Source of the DNA: an uncultured Candidatus Saccharibacteria bacterium
GTDB lineage: Bacteria > Patescibacteriota > Minisyncoccia > UBA6257 > UBA9933
NCBI GenBank assembly: GCA_964428615.1
Contig: CAYRXZ010000002.1
Span: 968 to 64,967, forward strand
Direction: 5' to 3'
Length of the DNA: 64,000 bases
Shown here: positions 9,013-16,719 of the stretch, piece after piece
How the letters are laid out: each line of letters begins with the position of its first letter
How positions within the stretch are numbered: the first letter of the stretch is position 1
Translations under genes and position numbers: made by a program
The notes under the pieces: generated by a model
What the model was told of the DNA's origin: nothing
Database searches by the model: none
Seen by the model: the letters and a program-made list of their open reading frames with translations, nothing else

Positions 9013-10371
9013 TTAATTTTTATAAATATTATCTTTAATTAAAACAATTCTTTGTCCGAGATTTTGATTTTTATTTATTTCTCGAGATATTTTCTCACAC
9101 GCGTATATAGCGGTTGTATGGTCCCTTTTCCCTAATTTATCCCCAATATCATTATAAGACATATTTATTAATTCTCTTAATAAAAAAGCGGCAATTTGTC
9201 TTGGTTCAACAACACTTTTTTTCCTCGACCTATTTATTAAATCAGTTATTGTTATTTCATAAAAATCAGCTACAGCTTTGATAATTTGATTTCCGGTAAT
9301 ATTTTTTGCCGATTGTTGGATTATATTATTTATTATTTCTTCAACGGTTTTTGTGTCTAAATCAATATTTTTTACTTCTTGATAAAATAATATTTTATTA
9401 AGAATACCTTCTAATTCTCTTATATTTCTTTGAATTTTTGTAGAAATAAGAGAACAAACCTCATCTTTAAGTGAAACATTTTTTTCTTGGAGTTTATTTT
9501 TAATAATAGCAAGGCGCATTTCATAATCTGGATAAGTAATATCAACAATCATCCCGCCCTCAAACCGTGATCTAAGGCGCGCTTCAAGTGTTGGGATGGC
9601 CGCTGGGGGCCTATCAGAAGAAAGAATAATTTGTTTATTATTTTCATAAAGAACATTAAATGTATGAAAAAATTCTTCTTCACTTCTTTCTTTTCCACCA
9701 ATAAATTGTATATCATCTATTATTAAAACATCAATATTACGATATTTTTCTTTAATATCATCCATTCTTTTATTTCTTATTGCCCAAACAACATCGTTAA
9801 CAAATTTTTCCGACGGGACATATTTAATTTTAATTTTATTTTTATATTTTTCTTTAATTTCATTACCCATTGCTTGAATAAGATGAGTTTTGCCAAGTCC
9901 GGTCCCACCATAAATAAAAAATGGATTATATTTTTTCCCAACATTTTTAATTATCGCCGTTGTAGCGGCGTAAGCGAGTTCATTAGAAGAACCAACAACA
10001 AAGGAACTCATTGTATATCGTGGGTGAAGATTGGTTTCTAGATCTATTTTAAATTCCGGTAATGATTCTTGGTGAGGAAAATATTTTTTTTCTTCAATTT
10101 TAATTTCAACCCGTCCCTTATTTTCAAAAACAACAATATATTCAACCTTTTTAATAGTGTCGTCAAATTCTCTAAGCGCCTCCAATATTATTTTATTATA
10201 TTTATTTTCAACCCACTCTTTTGCAAAATTATTATTAAAACCAATAATAACCCTCCCATCATCCTCTTTTTTAATAAGACGACTATTTTTAAGCCATGTA
10301 AGAAAATTTGGTCTGGAAATTTGGAGTTCCAATTCAGCTAAAACAGATTGCCATGTTTTATTAAGATCCAT
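9013..10371 (-). CDS. dnaA: chromosomal replication initiator DnaA
   Basis: YNPFFIYGGTGLGKTHL, IDDIQF, FFHTFN, RLRSRF, RELEG, RDHTT. Confidence 0.98.
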   Translation of the reverse strand: MDLNKTWQSVLAELELQISRPNFLTWLKNSRLIKKEDDGRVIIGFNNNFAKEWVENKYNKIILEALREFDDTIKKVEYIVVFENKGRVEIKIEEKKYFPHQESLPEFKIDLETNLHPRYTMSSFVVGSSNELAYAATTAIIKNVGKKYNPFFIYGGTGLGKTHLIQAMGNEIKEKYKNKIKIKYVPSEKFVNDVVWAIRNKRMDDIKEKYRNIDVLIIDDIQFIGGKERSEEEFFHTFNVLYENNKQIILSSDRPPAAIPTLEARLRSRFEGGMIVDITYPDYEMRLAIIKNKLQEKNVSLKDEVCSLISTKIQRNIRELEGILNKILFYQEVKNIDLDTKTVEEIINNIIQQSAKNITGNQIIKAVADFYEITITDLINRSRKKSVVEPRQIAAFLLRELINMSYNDIGDKLGKRDHTTAIYACEKISREINKNQNLGQRIVLIKDNIYKN

Positions 10372-10457
10372 AAATTTTTATTCTAAATTATTTCCTAATC
10401 TTATTTAAATCTAAAACTAAGTCAAATACCTCTAATGTTTCTAACATGTTAATTAAT

Positions 10458-10466
10458 TGTGGAAAA
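10458..10466 (-). promoter_or_regulatory. DnaA box upstream of dnaA
   Basis: TTTTCCACA on the minus strand matches TTWTNCACA. Confidence 0.7.
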
Positions 10467-10516
10467 CTTTTAATAGATAATTTGATTTTTAAGTTTTTAT
10501 GTTTTATATTTAATCT

Positions 10517-10654
10517 ATGCCAAAAAGAACATATCAACCCAAAAAAAGAAAAAGGGCGAGGACTCACGGGTTTATAAAAAGAAACAGAACGGCGTCAGGA
10601 AGGAAGGTTATAAAAAGAAGAATTCAAAAGGGCAGAAAGAGAATTGCTCTTTAA
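10517..10654 (+). CDS. rpmH: 50S ribosomal protein L34 (not in ORF track)
   Basis: [45 protein letters not shown]; divergent from dnaA. Confidence 0.97.
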   Translation: MPKRTYQPKKRKRARTHGFIKRNRTASGRKVIKRRIQKGRKRIAL

Positions 10655-10660
10655 AGTGTA

Positions 10661-10999
10661 ATGCTAAAAAAATTTTTTCGTCTTCCGATTCAAAATTGGA
10701 TGAAAGATAAAAAAATCAAAACGATTACCATTAAAGGTGATTTTTTTGTAGTAAAAATAAGAGACAATAATAAAGATTTCAGCCGATTTGGAGTTATAAT
10801 AAGCGCGAAAGTTTTTAAAAGAGCGGTAAGGCGCAACAAGCTTAAAAGAAAAATTTTTGAATTAATTCGCACAACCAAATTGATTGAAAAATTTTCCGGT
10901 AAAGATATTCTATTAAGTGTTTCACCACAAGCCGCTGAAGCGCAAGAGAGAATTATTATTCAGTCATTATTATTGGTTTTAAATAAAATTATAAAATGA
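10661..10999 (+). CDS. rnpA: ribonuclease P protein component
   Basis: RFGVIISAKV.KRAVRRNKLKR motif; after rpmH. Confidence 0.92.
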   Translation: MLKKFFRLPIQNWMKDKKIKTITIKGDFFVVKIRDNNKDFSRFGVIISAKVFKRAVRRNKLKRKIFELIRTTKLIEKFSGKDILLSVSPQAAEAQERIIIQSLLLVLNKIIK

Positions 11000-11685
11000 T
11001 AAACCTTTTTAATAAATTTCTTTACGATCCACTTTTAAAGTCATTAGTTTTTTTATACCAGAAATTTTCTTTTCACGATTTAGGAATTGCGATTATTATT
11101 TTAACAATAATAATTAGGTTTATTTTATTTCCATTATTTTATAAAGGCGCCAAAGATCAAGCGATTATGCAACGCCTTTCACCTAAAATAAAAGAAATCC
11201 AAAAAAATCATAAAGATGATAAAGAGAAACAAACTCGGGCGCTTTTGGATTTATATAAAGAACACAAAGTAAATCCATTTTCTGGATTTTTATTACTTCT
11301 TGTCCAGTTGCCAATTTTAATCGCGCTTTATAAGGTTTTTTTAAACGGCCTTTCAGTAATTACACTAAACGGTCCGATAAATAATTTATTTTTAGGAATT
11401 ATAGATTTAAACCAAAGAAATATAGTACTTGTTGTTGTGGCGGCGGCTGTGCAGTATTATCAAGGGAAGTTGGCGCTGCCTAAAATAAATAAGCCATCAA
11501 ATGAGCTTGATATTGCCGAAAAGATGGGCAGGCAAATGGTTTTTATGGGACCGGTTTTAACTTTTGTATTTTTATATTTTTTTAATCTTCCGTCAGCTGT
11601 TGCGCTTTATTGGTTGACAACATCCATTTTTTCAGTTATTCAACAGATAATAATCAATAAAAGAATTAAAACGATGAATATATAA
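10996..11685 (+). CDS. yidC: YidC/Oxa1 membrane insertase (short form)
   Basis: G.AIIILTIIIR..LFPL, P.IKEIQ, NPFSG, QLPI, LYW. Confidence 0.93.
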   Translation: MINLFNKFLYDPLLKSLVFLYQKFSFHDLGIAIIILTIIIRFILFPLFYKGAKDQAIMQRLSPKIKEIQKNHKDDKEKQTRALLDLYKEHKVNPFSGFLLLLVQLPILIALYKVFLNGLSVITLNGPINNLFLGIIDLNQRNIVLVVVAAAVQYYQGKLALPKINKPSNELDIAEKMGRQMVFMGPVLTFVFLYFFNLPSAVALYWLTTSIFSVIQQIIINKRIKTMNI

Positions 11686-11686
11686 A

Positions 11687-12154
11687 ATGGAAAAAAAGAA
11701 GGAATTGGAAATTTTAAAAAAGGCGATAGAGATGATGGGATTTGATGATTTTTCTGTAAATTATGACTCTGAAAACGGGCGGTTTTCTGTTTTTGTGAAT
11801 GAGGGAGAATATTTTAAAAAATTAATTCCAAATTTTGTTTCGGGGATAAATTGTGTTTTCAGATTAATCTCCGATAAGGATAGAAAAGAGGGAGACGAAT
11901 ACAACACAACATTTATAGATGTAAATAATTATCGCAAAGAACGTGATAATATAATTTTAGAACTTGCTAGGGCGGCTGCCAGAAAATCAGCGACTACAAA
12001 CGAAGAAGTTTCTTTGCCGGCGATGAATGGCTATGAGCGTCGGTTGATTCATATGGAACTTTCTTCAAGACCAGATGTTTTAACTGAGAGTGTGGGAGAG
12101 GGAAAAGAAAGATATATAATTATTAAACCGGCGACGGGCGATAAGAGCGAATAG
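11687..12154 (+). CDS. Jag/KhpB-like R3H domain protein
   Basis: DVNNYR, L.AMN.YERRLIH, TESVGEG..R; canonical position after yidC. Confidence 0.85.
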   Translation: MEKKKELEILKKAIEMMGFDDFSVNYDSENGRFSVFVNEGEYFKKLIPNFVSGINCVFRLISDKDRKEGDEYNTTFIDVNNYRKERDNIILELARAAARKSATTNEEVSLPAMNGYERRLIHMELSSRPDVLTESVGEGKERYIIIKPATGDKSE

Positions 12155-12164
12155 GAAAAATTCT

Positions 12165-13052
12165 TTAAAAACCCAAATTGCCGTTTTCAGAAATTCTTTT
12201 TATTAAACTTTTAAACTTGAATTTTTCGAAGTAAATTAACACGCTTTCTTTTGGCAAAACACTAAATTTTATCTCCTCGATATTTTCTATTTCGAGTGGC
12301 GCTTCATAATTTATTGTGGCCAAATTCTTTGAGAGAATCGCCTGGTCTTTTTGTTTGTAAATTTTTTGATAAGTTTTTTCTTCTTGCCCTTTCTCTAGAA
12401 AGTTTTCTAAGGTGCCATATTTTTTAATTAGCGGCATAGCGGTTTTTGGGCCGATGCCTTGTACGCCAGGGATATTATCAGAAGCATCACCTACAAGGCC
12501 TTTGTAGTCGGGAATTTGATTAGGATTTAAGCCCTCATATTTTTCTCTAACCTCCTCACTCCCATAAATTTTCATTTCACTTATGCCTTTTTGCGGGGTT
12601 TCAACAACTATTTTTTGGTCTTCAACTACTTGGAGAATATCAGAATCACTTGTTAATATTTTTACTTTTATGCCATTGGTGAGTTTTAATTGTTTAGCTC
12701 CCACACCTATTAAATCGTCAGCTTCATATCCCGGCGCTTCATAAGTTTTTATCCCAAAAGCTGTAAATAGATTATGCGCTTCAATAATTTGTGAAATTAA
12801 TTCATCAGGGGCCTTGGGTCTGTGAATTTTATAATCATCAAAAAGTTCTTTTCTTAATGTTGGCTCCGGCCTATCAAAAAAAGCGGCGATATAATCGGGT
12901 TTTTGCTCACGCAAAACTTTAAGTATTATATTTGAAATACCATAAAGCGCGCCCGTTGGAATTCCTCCCGGTCCGGTAAAGGGCGGCAGGGCATGAAAGC
13001 ACCGGTGAATTAAAGAATTGGCGTCGATTAAAATTGCGAGTTTTTGTTCCAT
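12165..13052 (-). CDS. stand-alone 5'-3' exonuclease (PolA N-terminal domain)
   Basis: LIDANSLIHR.FHALP, YEADD, GDASDNIPGV.GIGPKTA; no polymerase domain. Confidence 0.9.
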   Translation of the reverse strand: MEQKLAILIDANSLIHRCFHALPPFTGPGGIPTGALYGISNIILKVLREQKPDYIAAFFDRPEPTLRKELFDDYKIHRPKAPDELISQIIEAHNLFTAFGIKTYEAPGYEADDLIGVGAKQLKLTNGIKVKILTSDSDILQVVEDQKIVVETPQKGISEMKIYGSEEVREKYEGLNPNQIPDYKGLVGDASDNIPGVQGIGPKTAMPLIKKYGTLENFLEKGQEEKTYQKIYKQKDQAILSKNLATINYEAPLEIENIEEIKFSVLPKESVLIYFEKFKFKSLIKRISENGNLGF

Positions 13053-13055
13053 TTT

Positions 13056-13140
13056 TAGTAATTAAGTAGTAATTAGATAGTAATTAAGTAATTAATTAAG
13101 ATAAATTTTAATTATCAAATTACTCAATTACCTAATTATA
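13056..13140. repeat. low-complexity direct/inverted repeat tract (TAGTAATTA units)
   Basis: TAGTAATTAAG TAGTAATTAGA TAGTAATTAAG followed by inverted AATTACTC AATTACCT AATTA. Confidence 0.6.
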
Positions 13141-13255
13141 AATATTTTATATTCACCACATTATAAATTATTTGCGAAGATTTATCCAATAGCTAAGCTT
13201 CAATAAAATTCAATGAAATTGACAAAATCTTCTAAAAAACATATCTTAAATTCAA

Positions 13256-13738
13256 ATGGATATGTGTTTCAATAATTCAACTGGAATGAAATTAAGCGTT
13301 TCCGATGTGGCGAAGGCCGTTGTTAAATTTATGACAGAAGACGATAGTCGCCGGTATAAAATTTTTATCGGCAGCGATTCCGAGGGCCATGCCGGCGAAA
13401 ATACTGATTTTGTGACGGCGGTCGTGGTTCACAGAGTCGGCAACGGCGGAAGATTTTTTTGGAGAAGAACGGAGTTTAAAAGATTTCATAATTTACATGA
13501 CAGGATAATTCAAGAAGTTTTATTATCAATTGACGCGGCGAAAGAAATTTTAGAAAGTTTGAAAAAAATAAAAGACGTACCGGATTTTGATTTTGAAATT
13601 CACATTGACGTTGGCGAAAAAGGCGAAACAAAAATAATGACCCAAGAAGTTATTGGAATGGTGAGGGCATACAATTTCGAGCCCCGCATAAAGCCGGAAA
13701 GTTGTGCTGCTACAAATGTGGCGGATCGTTATGTTTAG
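13256..13738 (+). CDS. RNase H-like YkuK (DUF458) family protein
   Basis: IFIGSDS, TAVVVHRVG.GG, EIHIDVG..G.T, KP.S.AA..VAD; TTGACA-17-TATCTT promoter at 13219. Confidence 0.85.
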   Translation: MDMCFNNSTGMKLSVSDVAKAVVKFMTEDDSRRYKIFIGSDSEGHAGENTDFVTAVVVHRVGNGGRFFWRRTEFKRFHNLHDRIIQEVLLSIDAAKEILESLKKIKDVPDFDFEIHIDVGEKGETKIMTQEVIGMVRAYNFEPRIKPESCAATNVADRYV

Positions 13739-13778
13739 AGGTTAAAAATTGGTAATTGGAAATTGAAAATTTAGTTAT

Positions 13779-13853
13779 GCTCCTATCGTCTAGTCTGGTC
13801 TAGGACGCCAGGTTTTCATCCTGGTAACTCGGGTTCGAATCCCGATGGGAGCG
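13779..13853 (+). tRNA. tRNA-Glu(TTC)
   Basis: GCTCCTA/TGGGAGC acceptor, CCAGG-TTTTCAT-CCTGG anticodon arm, GGTTCGAATCC T arm; CCA not encoded. Confidence 0.96.
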
Positions 13854-13913
13854 CCGAAGGTGGTATTTAGTATTTACAATTTAAGATACTTCTTATTTGT
13901 GGTGGGGGTTTTT

Positions 13914-13951
13914 TTGCTTAAAGTAAACGCTATAGCGTTTACTTTAAGCAA
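13914..13951. repeat. 38-bp perfect palindrome (core CGCTATAGCG)
   Basis: TTGCTTAAAGTAAACGCTA|TAGCGTTTACTTTAAGCAA. Confidence 0.9.
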
Positions 13952-14033
13952 GGTTTTAAGGAATAAGATAAAGAATAAGTTTACGATAAAAATGATGTTT
14001 TAAATGGTTTGTAGATTATGGTAAAATGGGGTT

Positions 14034-14150
14034 ATGGCGAAAGTTAATGTTTTATTATCCGGCTATACAAATACGGATTCAAAAAAAATTTTAAAACTCG
14101 CGGATTTTGTTGTTCCTGGGCATGCGGGGATGTATAAAATTGAGAAATAA
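14034..14150 (+). pseudogene. 38-aa remnant, probably an internally deleted MBL-fold hydrolase
   Basis: MAKVNVLLSGYTNTDS-KKILKLADFVVPGHAGMYKIEK: MBL-type C-terminal VVPGH but no HxHxDH core; TGgTAAAAT -10 box 6 nt before ATG. Confidence 0.5.
14108..14150 (+). repeat. 43-bp direct repeat, copy 1
   Basis: TGTTGTTCCTGGGCATGCGGGGATGTATAAAATTGAGAAATAA. Confidence 0.92.
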
Positions 14151-14164
14151 ATTATAATTTTACT

Positions 14165-14995
14165 ATGGCAAGACGAAGATACTACAGAAGAAGAGACGAT
14201 GATTTAGAGCGGGCGCTGGCAGGAATTACCGTTTTTGGGCTAATAGGTCTGTTTTGGTATTTTTATAACAACCCACAAAAATCAATTGCTATATTATTAG
14301 GAGTTGCTGTAATTATCCTAGTTATTTTATTTTTGATAAAACAGTGGCGTAAAAAGCATTTTAATGATTTACTGGGTAAATTAAAAAATTCTGGGCAAGA
14401 AGATAATTTTAAAAACTTTATAAATAGATTTGGTTTAGAAGGTAGGAAGGGAGATGGATATTCTTTTAGAAATCATAAATTTGAGTGGGATAGAATTGAC
14501 GATTTAAAAAAGATATTAAAAGAAAAAGGGATAACTTCAAATAAGAAGGATGTTTTTACTCTGCTTCGATTTTATATTCAAGAAAATGAAGAAAACCTAA
14601 CAAGAGAAAGTATTAAAAAGGAGCCGCAAAAATTTTCTGTTTTATCGGGTACAGAATTTGAAAAGTTATTATATCGTCTTTTTGAAGCGATGGGGTACAA
14701 AACAGAATGGATAGGTAGGTCTGGAGATCAGGGTGGAGATTTAATTGCGAATAAAAACGGAGAAAGAACTTTAGTGCAGGCGAAATGTTATCGAGATTGG
14801 TCTACGGGAAATGCTGCTGTTCAGCAAGTTGTTGGCGCAATGAGATATTATGATTGTAATAATGCGATGGTGGTTACAACTTCTCATTTTACAAACGAGG
14901 CTATTTTATTGGCCAAGGCTAATAAAACAGAGCTTATCTCTAAAGAACGATTACAAGAATTGCTTTTACAGTTTTTGAGCGAAAGTTGGGCTTAA
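14165..14995 (+). CDS. membrane-anchored Mrr-like restriction endonuclease
   Basis: two N-terminal TM helices; C-terminal Mrr_cat motifs EFEKL, GDQGGDL, VQAK, VQQVVGA, TTSHFT..A. Confidence 0.88.
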   Translation: MARRRYYRRRDDDLERALAGITVFGLIGLFWYFYNNPQKSIAILLGVAVIILVILFLIKQWRKKHFNDLLGKLKNSGQEDNFKNFINRFGLEGRKGDGYSFRNHKFEWDRIDDLKKILKEKGITSNKKDVFTLLRFYIQENEENLTRESIKKEPQKFSVLSGTEFEKLLYRLFEAMGYKTEWIGRSGDQGGDLIANKNGERTLVQAKCYRDWSTGNAAVQQVVGAMRYYDCNNAMVVTTSHFTNEAILLAKANKTELISKERLQELLLQFLSESWA

Positions 14996-14998
14996 AAA

Positions 14999-15041
14999 TG
15001 TTGTTCCTAGGCATGCGGGGATGTATAAAATTGAGAAATAA
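14999..15041 (+). repeat. 43-bp direct repeat, copy 2
   Basis: TGTTGTTCCTAGGCATGCGGGGATGTATAAAATTGAGAAATAA, 42/43 identical to copy 1. Confidence 0.92.
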
Positions 15042-15174
15042 TAGGAAATAAGTGCTGCGAATAAAAAACTTTAATTTAATCACAATTGAGCGCAATAACA
15101 CCTTAGCGCTATATTAAAACGCATTTGGTTGTTAGGTGAGTACGTTTTTTATTTTTGTGATATAATTATTTCAA

Positions 15175-16626
15175 ATGAGCGAGGAAATTAAAATAAAACT
15201 TGAAAAGCTTGAGAATTTGAAGAAGGCGGGAATGGACCTGTATCCTGAGAAAACCGATAGAACGATTTCTAATGCCGAGGCGCTGGAGAAATTTGAAGCC
15301 TTAAAAGAATCACAAAAAGAGGTTGTTTTAGCCGGTAGGCTTAAATCTTTTCGTTTGATGGGTGGAGCGGCCTTTGGACACATTGAAGATGGTTCGGCGA
15401 AAATGCAGATTTTTTTGCGGAAAGAAAATTTAACAGAAGGGAAATATGAACTTTTCGTGAATAATATTGAGATGGGCGATTTTGTAGAAGCGAAAGGAAT
15501 TCTTTTTTTGACGAAGAAAGAAGAAAAAACTTTAGAAGTCCGCGATTGGAAAATTCTTTCAAAAAACATCCGCCCGATTCCGACGGAATATTTTGGCTTG
15601 AAAGACGAAGAAGAAATTTTACGGAAAAGATATTTGGATTTGGCGCTTAACCCGGACAGCCGCGATTTATTCAAAAAGAAAAACGTTTTTTGGCAGACAA
15701 TAAGGAATTATTTGGCGGGTGCCGGATTTTTAGAAGTGCAGACTCCGGTGCTTGAGCACATTCCGGGCGGAGCAGATGCCGAACCGTTTATCACTCATCA
15801 CAACGCTTTAGACCAGGATTTTTACCTCCGCATTTCCTTGGAGCTTTCACTTAAACGGCTTTTAGTGGGAGGATTTGAAAAAGTTTTTGAAATCGGCAGG
15901 GTTTTTAGGAACGAGGGAATGGATAGAGAACACCTTCAGGAATTTGAGTATACGGAATTTTATTGGGCGTATTCGGATATGAAAAAGGGAATGGAATTCG
16001 TGGAAAAATTTTTTAAGGAAATTGTTTTGAAGGTTGTCGGAAAATACGAAACAGAATACGAAGGAAAAAAAATAAATTGGGATATTGATTTTCCTTGCGT
16101 GGATTATTTTGAAGAATTTAAAAAAGAAGCGGGTATTGATTTAAATAAAGAAATTAAAATTTCGGAATTGAAAAAAAAATTGGATGAATTGGGAGTGAAA
16201 TATGAAAAAAGTTGGGGCAAGGGCAGATTAATAGATGCGATTTATAAAAGAACAGTGCGGCAAAAACTTATTCAACCGTGCTTTTTAACCGGGCACCCAA
16301 TTGAGATTTCACCACTGGCGAAAGCTGACCCGGAAAATCCGAAAAAAGTTTTACGTTTCCAATTGGTTGCCGGAAAGTCCGAGCTTGGCAACGGGTTCGC
16401 GGAACTTAACGACCCGATAGACCAGAAAAACAGGTTTATGGAGCAGATGAAAGCACGCGAAGCCGGGGATAAAGAAGCGCAAATGATGGATGAAGATTTT
16501 GTGGAGGCGCTTGAATATGGAATGCCGCCGGCGCTTGGCTTTGGAATGAGCGAAAGATTTTTTGCTTTTATAATGAATAAATCAGTGAGAGAAACGACAA
16601 TTTTTCCGCCGGTGAGGAATAAATAA
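15175..16626 (+). CDS. lysS: lysine--tRNA ligase (class II)
   Basis: OB-fold N-terminus, GGA.A.PF.T.HNAL, LRISLEL, FRNEG, YGMPP..G.G. Confidence 0.97.
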   Translation: MSEEIKIKLEKLENLKKAGMDLYPEKTDRTISNAEALEKFEALKESQKEVVLAGRLKSFRLMGGAAFGHIEDGSAKMQIFLRKENLTEGKYELFVNNIEMGDFVEAKGILFLTKKEEKTLEVRDWKILSKNIRPIPTEYFGLKDEEEILRKRYLDLALNPDSRDLFKKKNVFWQTIRNYLAGAGFLEVQTPVLEHIPGGADAEPFITHHNALDQDFYLRISLELSLKRLLVGGFEKVFEIGRVFRNEGMDREHLQEFEYTEFYWAYSDMKKGMEFVEKFFKEIVLKVVGKYETEYEGKKINWDIDFPCVDYFEEFKKEAGIDLNKEIKISELKKKLDELGVKYEKSWGKGRLIDAIYKRTVRQKLIQPCFLTGHPIEISPLAKADPENPKKVLRFQLVAGKSELGNGFAELNDPIDQKNRFMEQMKAREAGDKEAQMMDEDFVEALEYGMPPALGFGMSERFFAFIMNKSVRETTIFPPVRNK

Positions 16627-16639
16627 AATTTATAATTTC

Positions 16640-16666
16640 AAACAGCCGCGAGAGCGACTGTTTTTT
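16640..16666 (+). terminator. intrinsic terminator
   Basis: AAACAGCCGC-GAGA-GCGACTGTTT followed by T tract. Confidence 0.75.
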
Positions 16667-16719
16667 ATTAGTGTAATAAATCTATTGTTTCTATTGGTTG
16701 TACTATATATAGTATATTT

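Noticed and set aside
13056-13140. Repeat tract as a CRISPR array or iteron set
   Set aside because: Units are short, degenerate and lack unique spacers; no cas or rep genes
14108-15041. Direct repeats as integron attC sites or tRNA-derived att sites
   Set aside because: Repeat is not palindromic like attC and does not match tRNA-Glu; no IntI nearby
15171-15674. 167-aa antisense ORF, and the many other 60-160 aa ORFs opposite lysS, rpoB, rpoC, gyrA, clp and the 42941 gene
   Set aside because: Shadow frames of well-supported genes with no recognisable motifs
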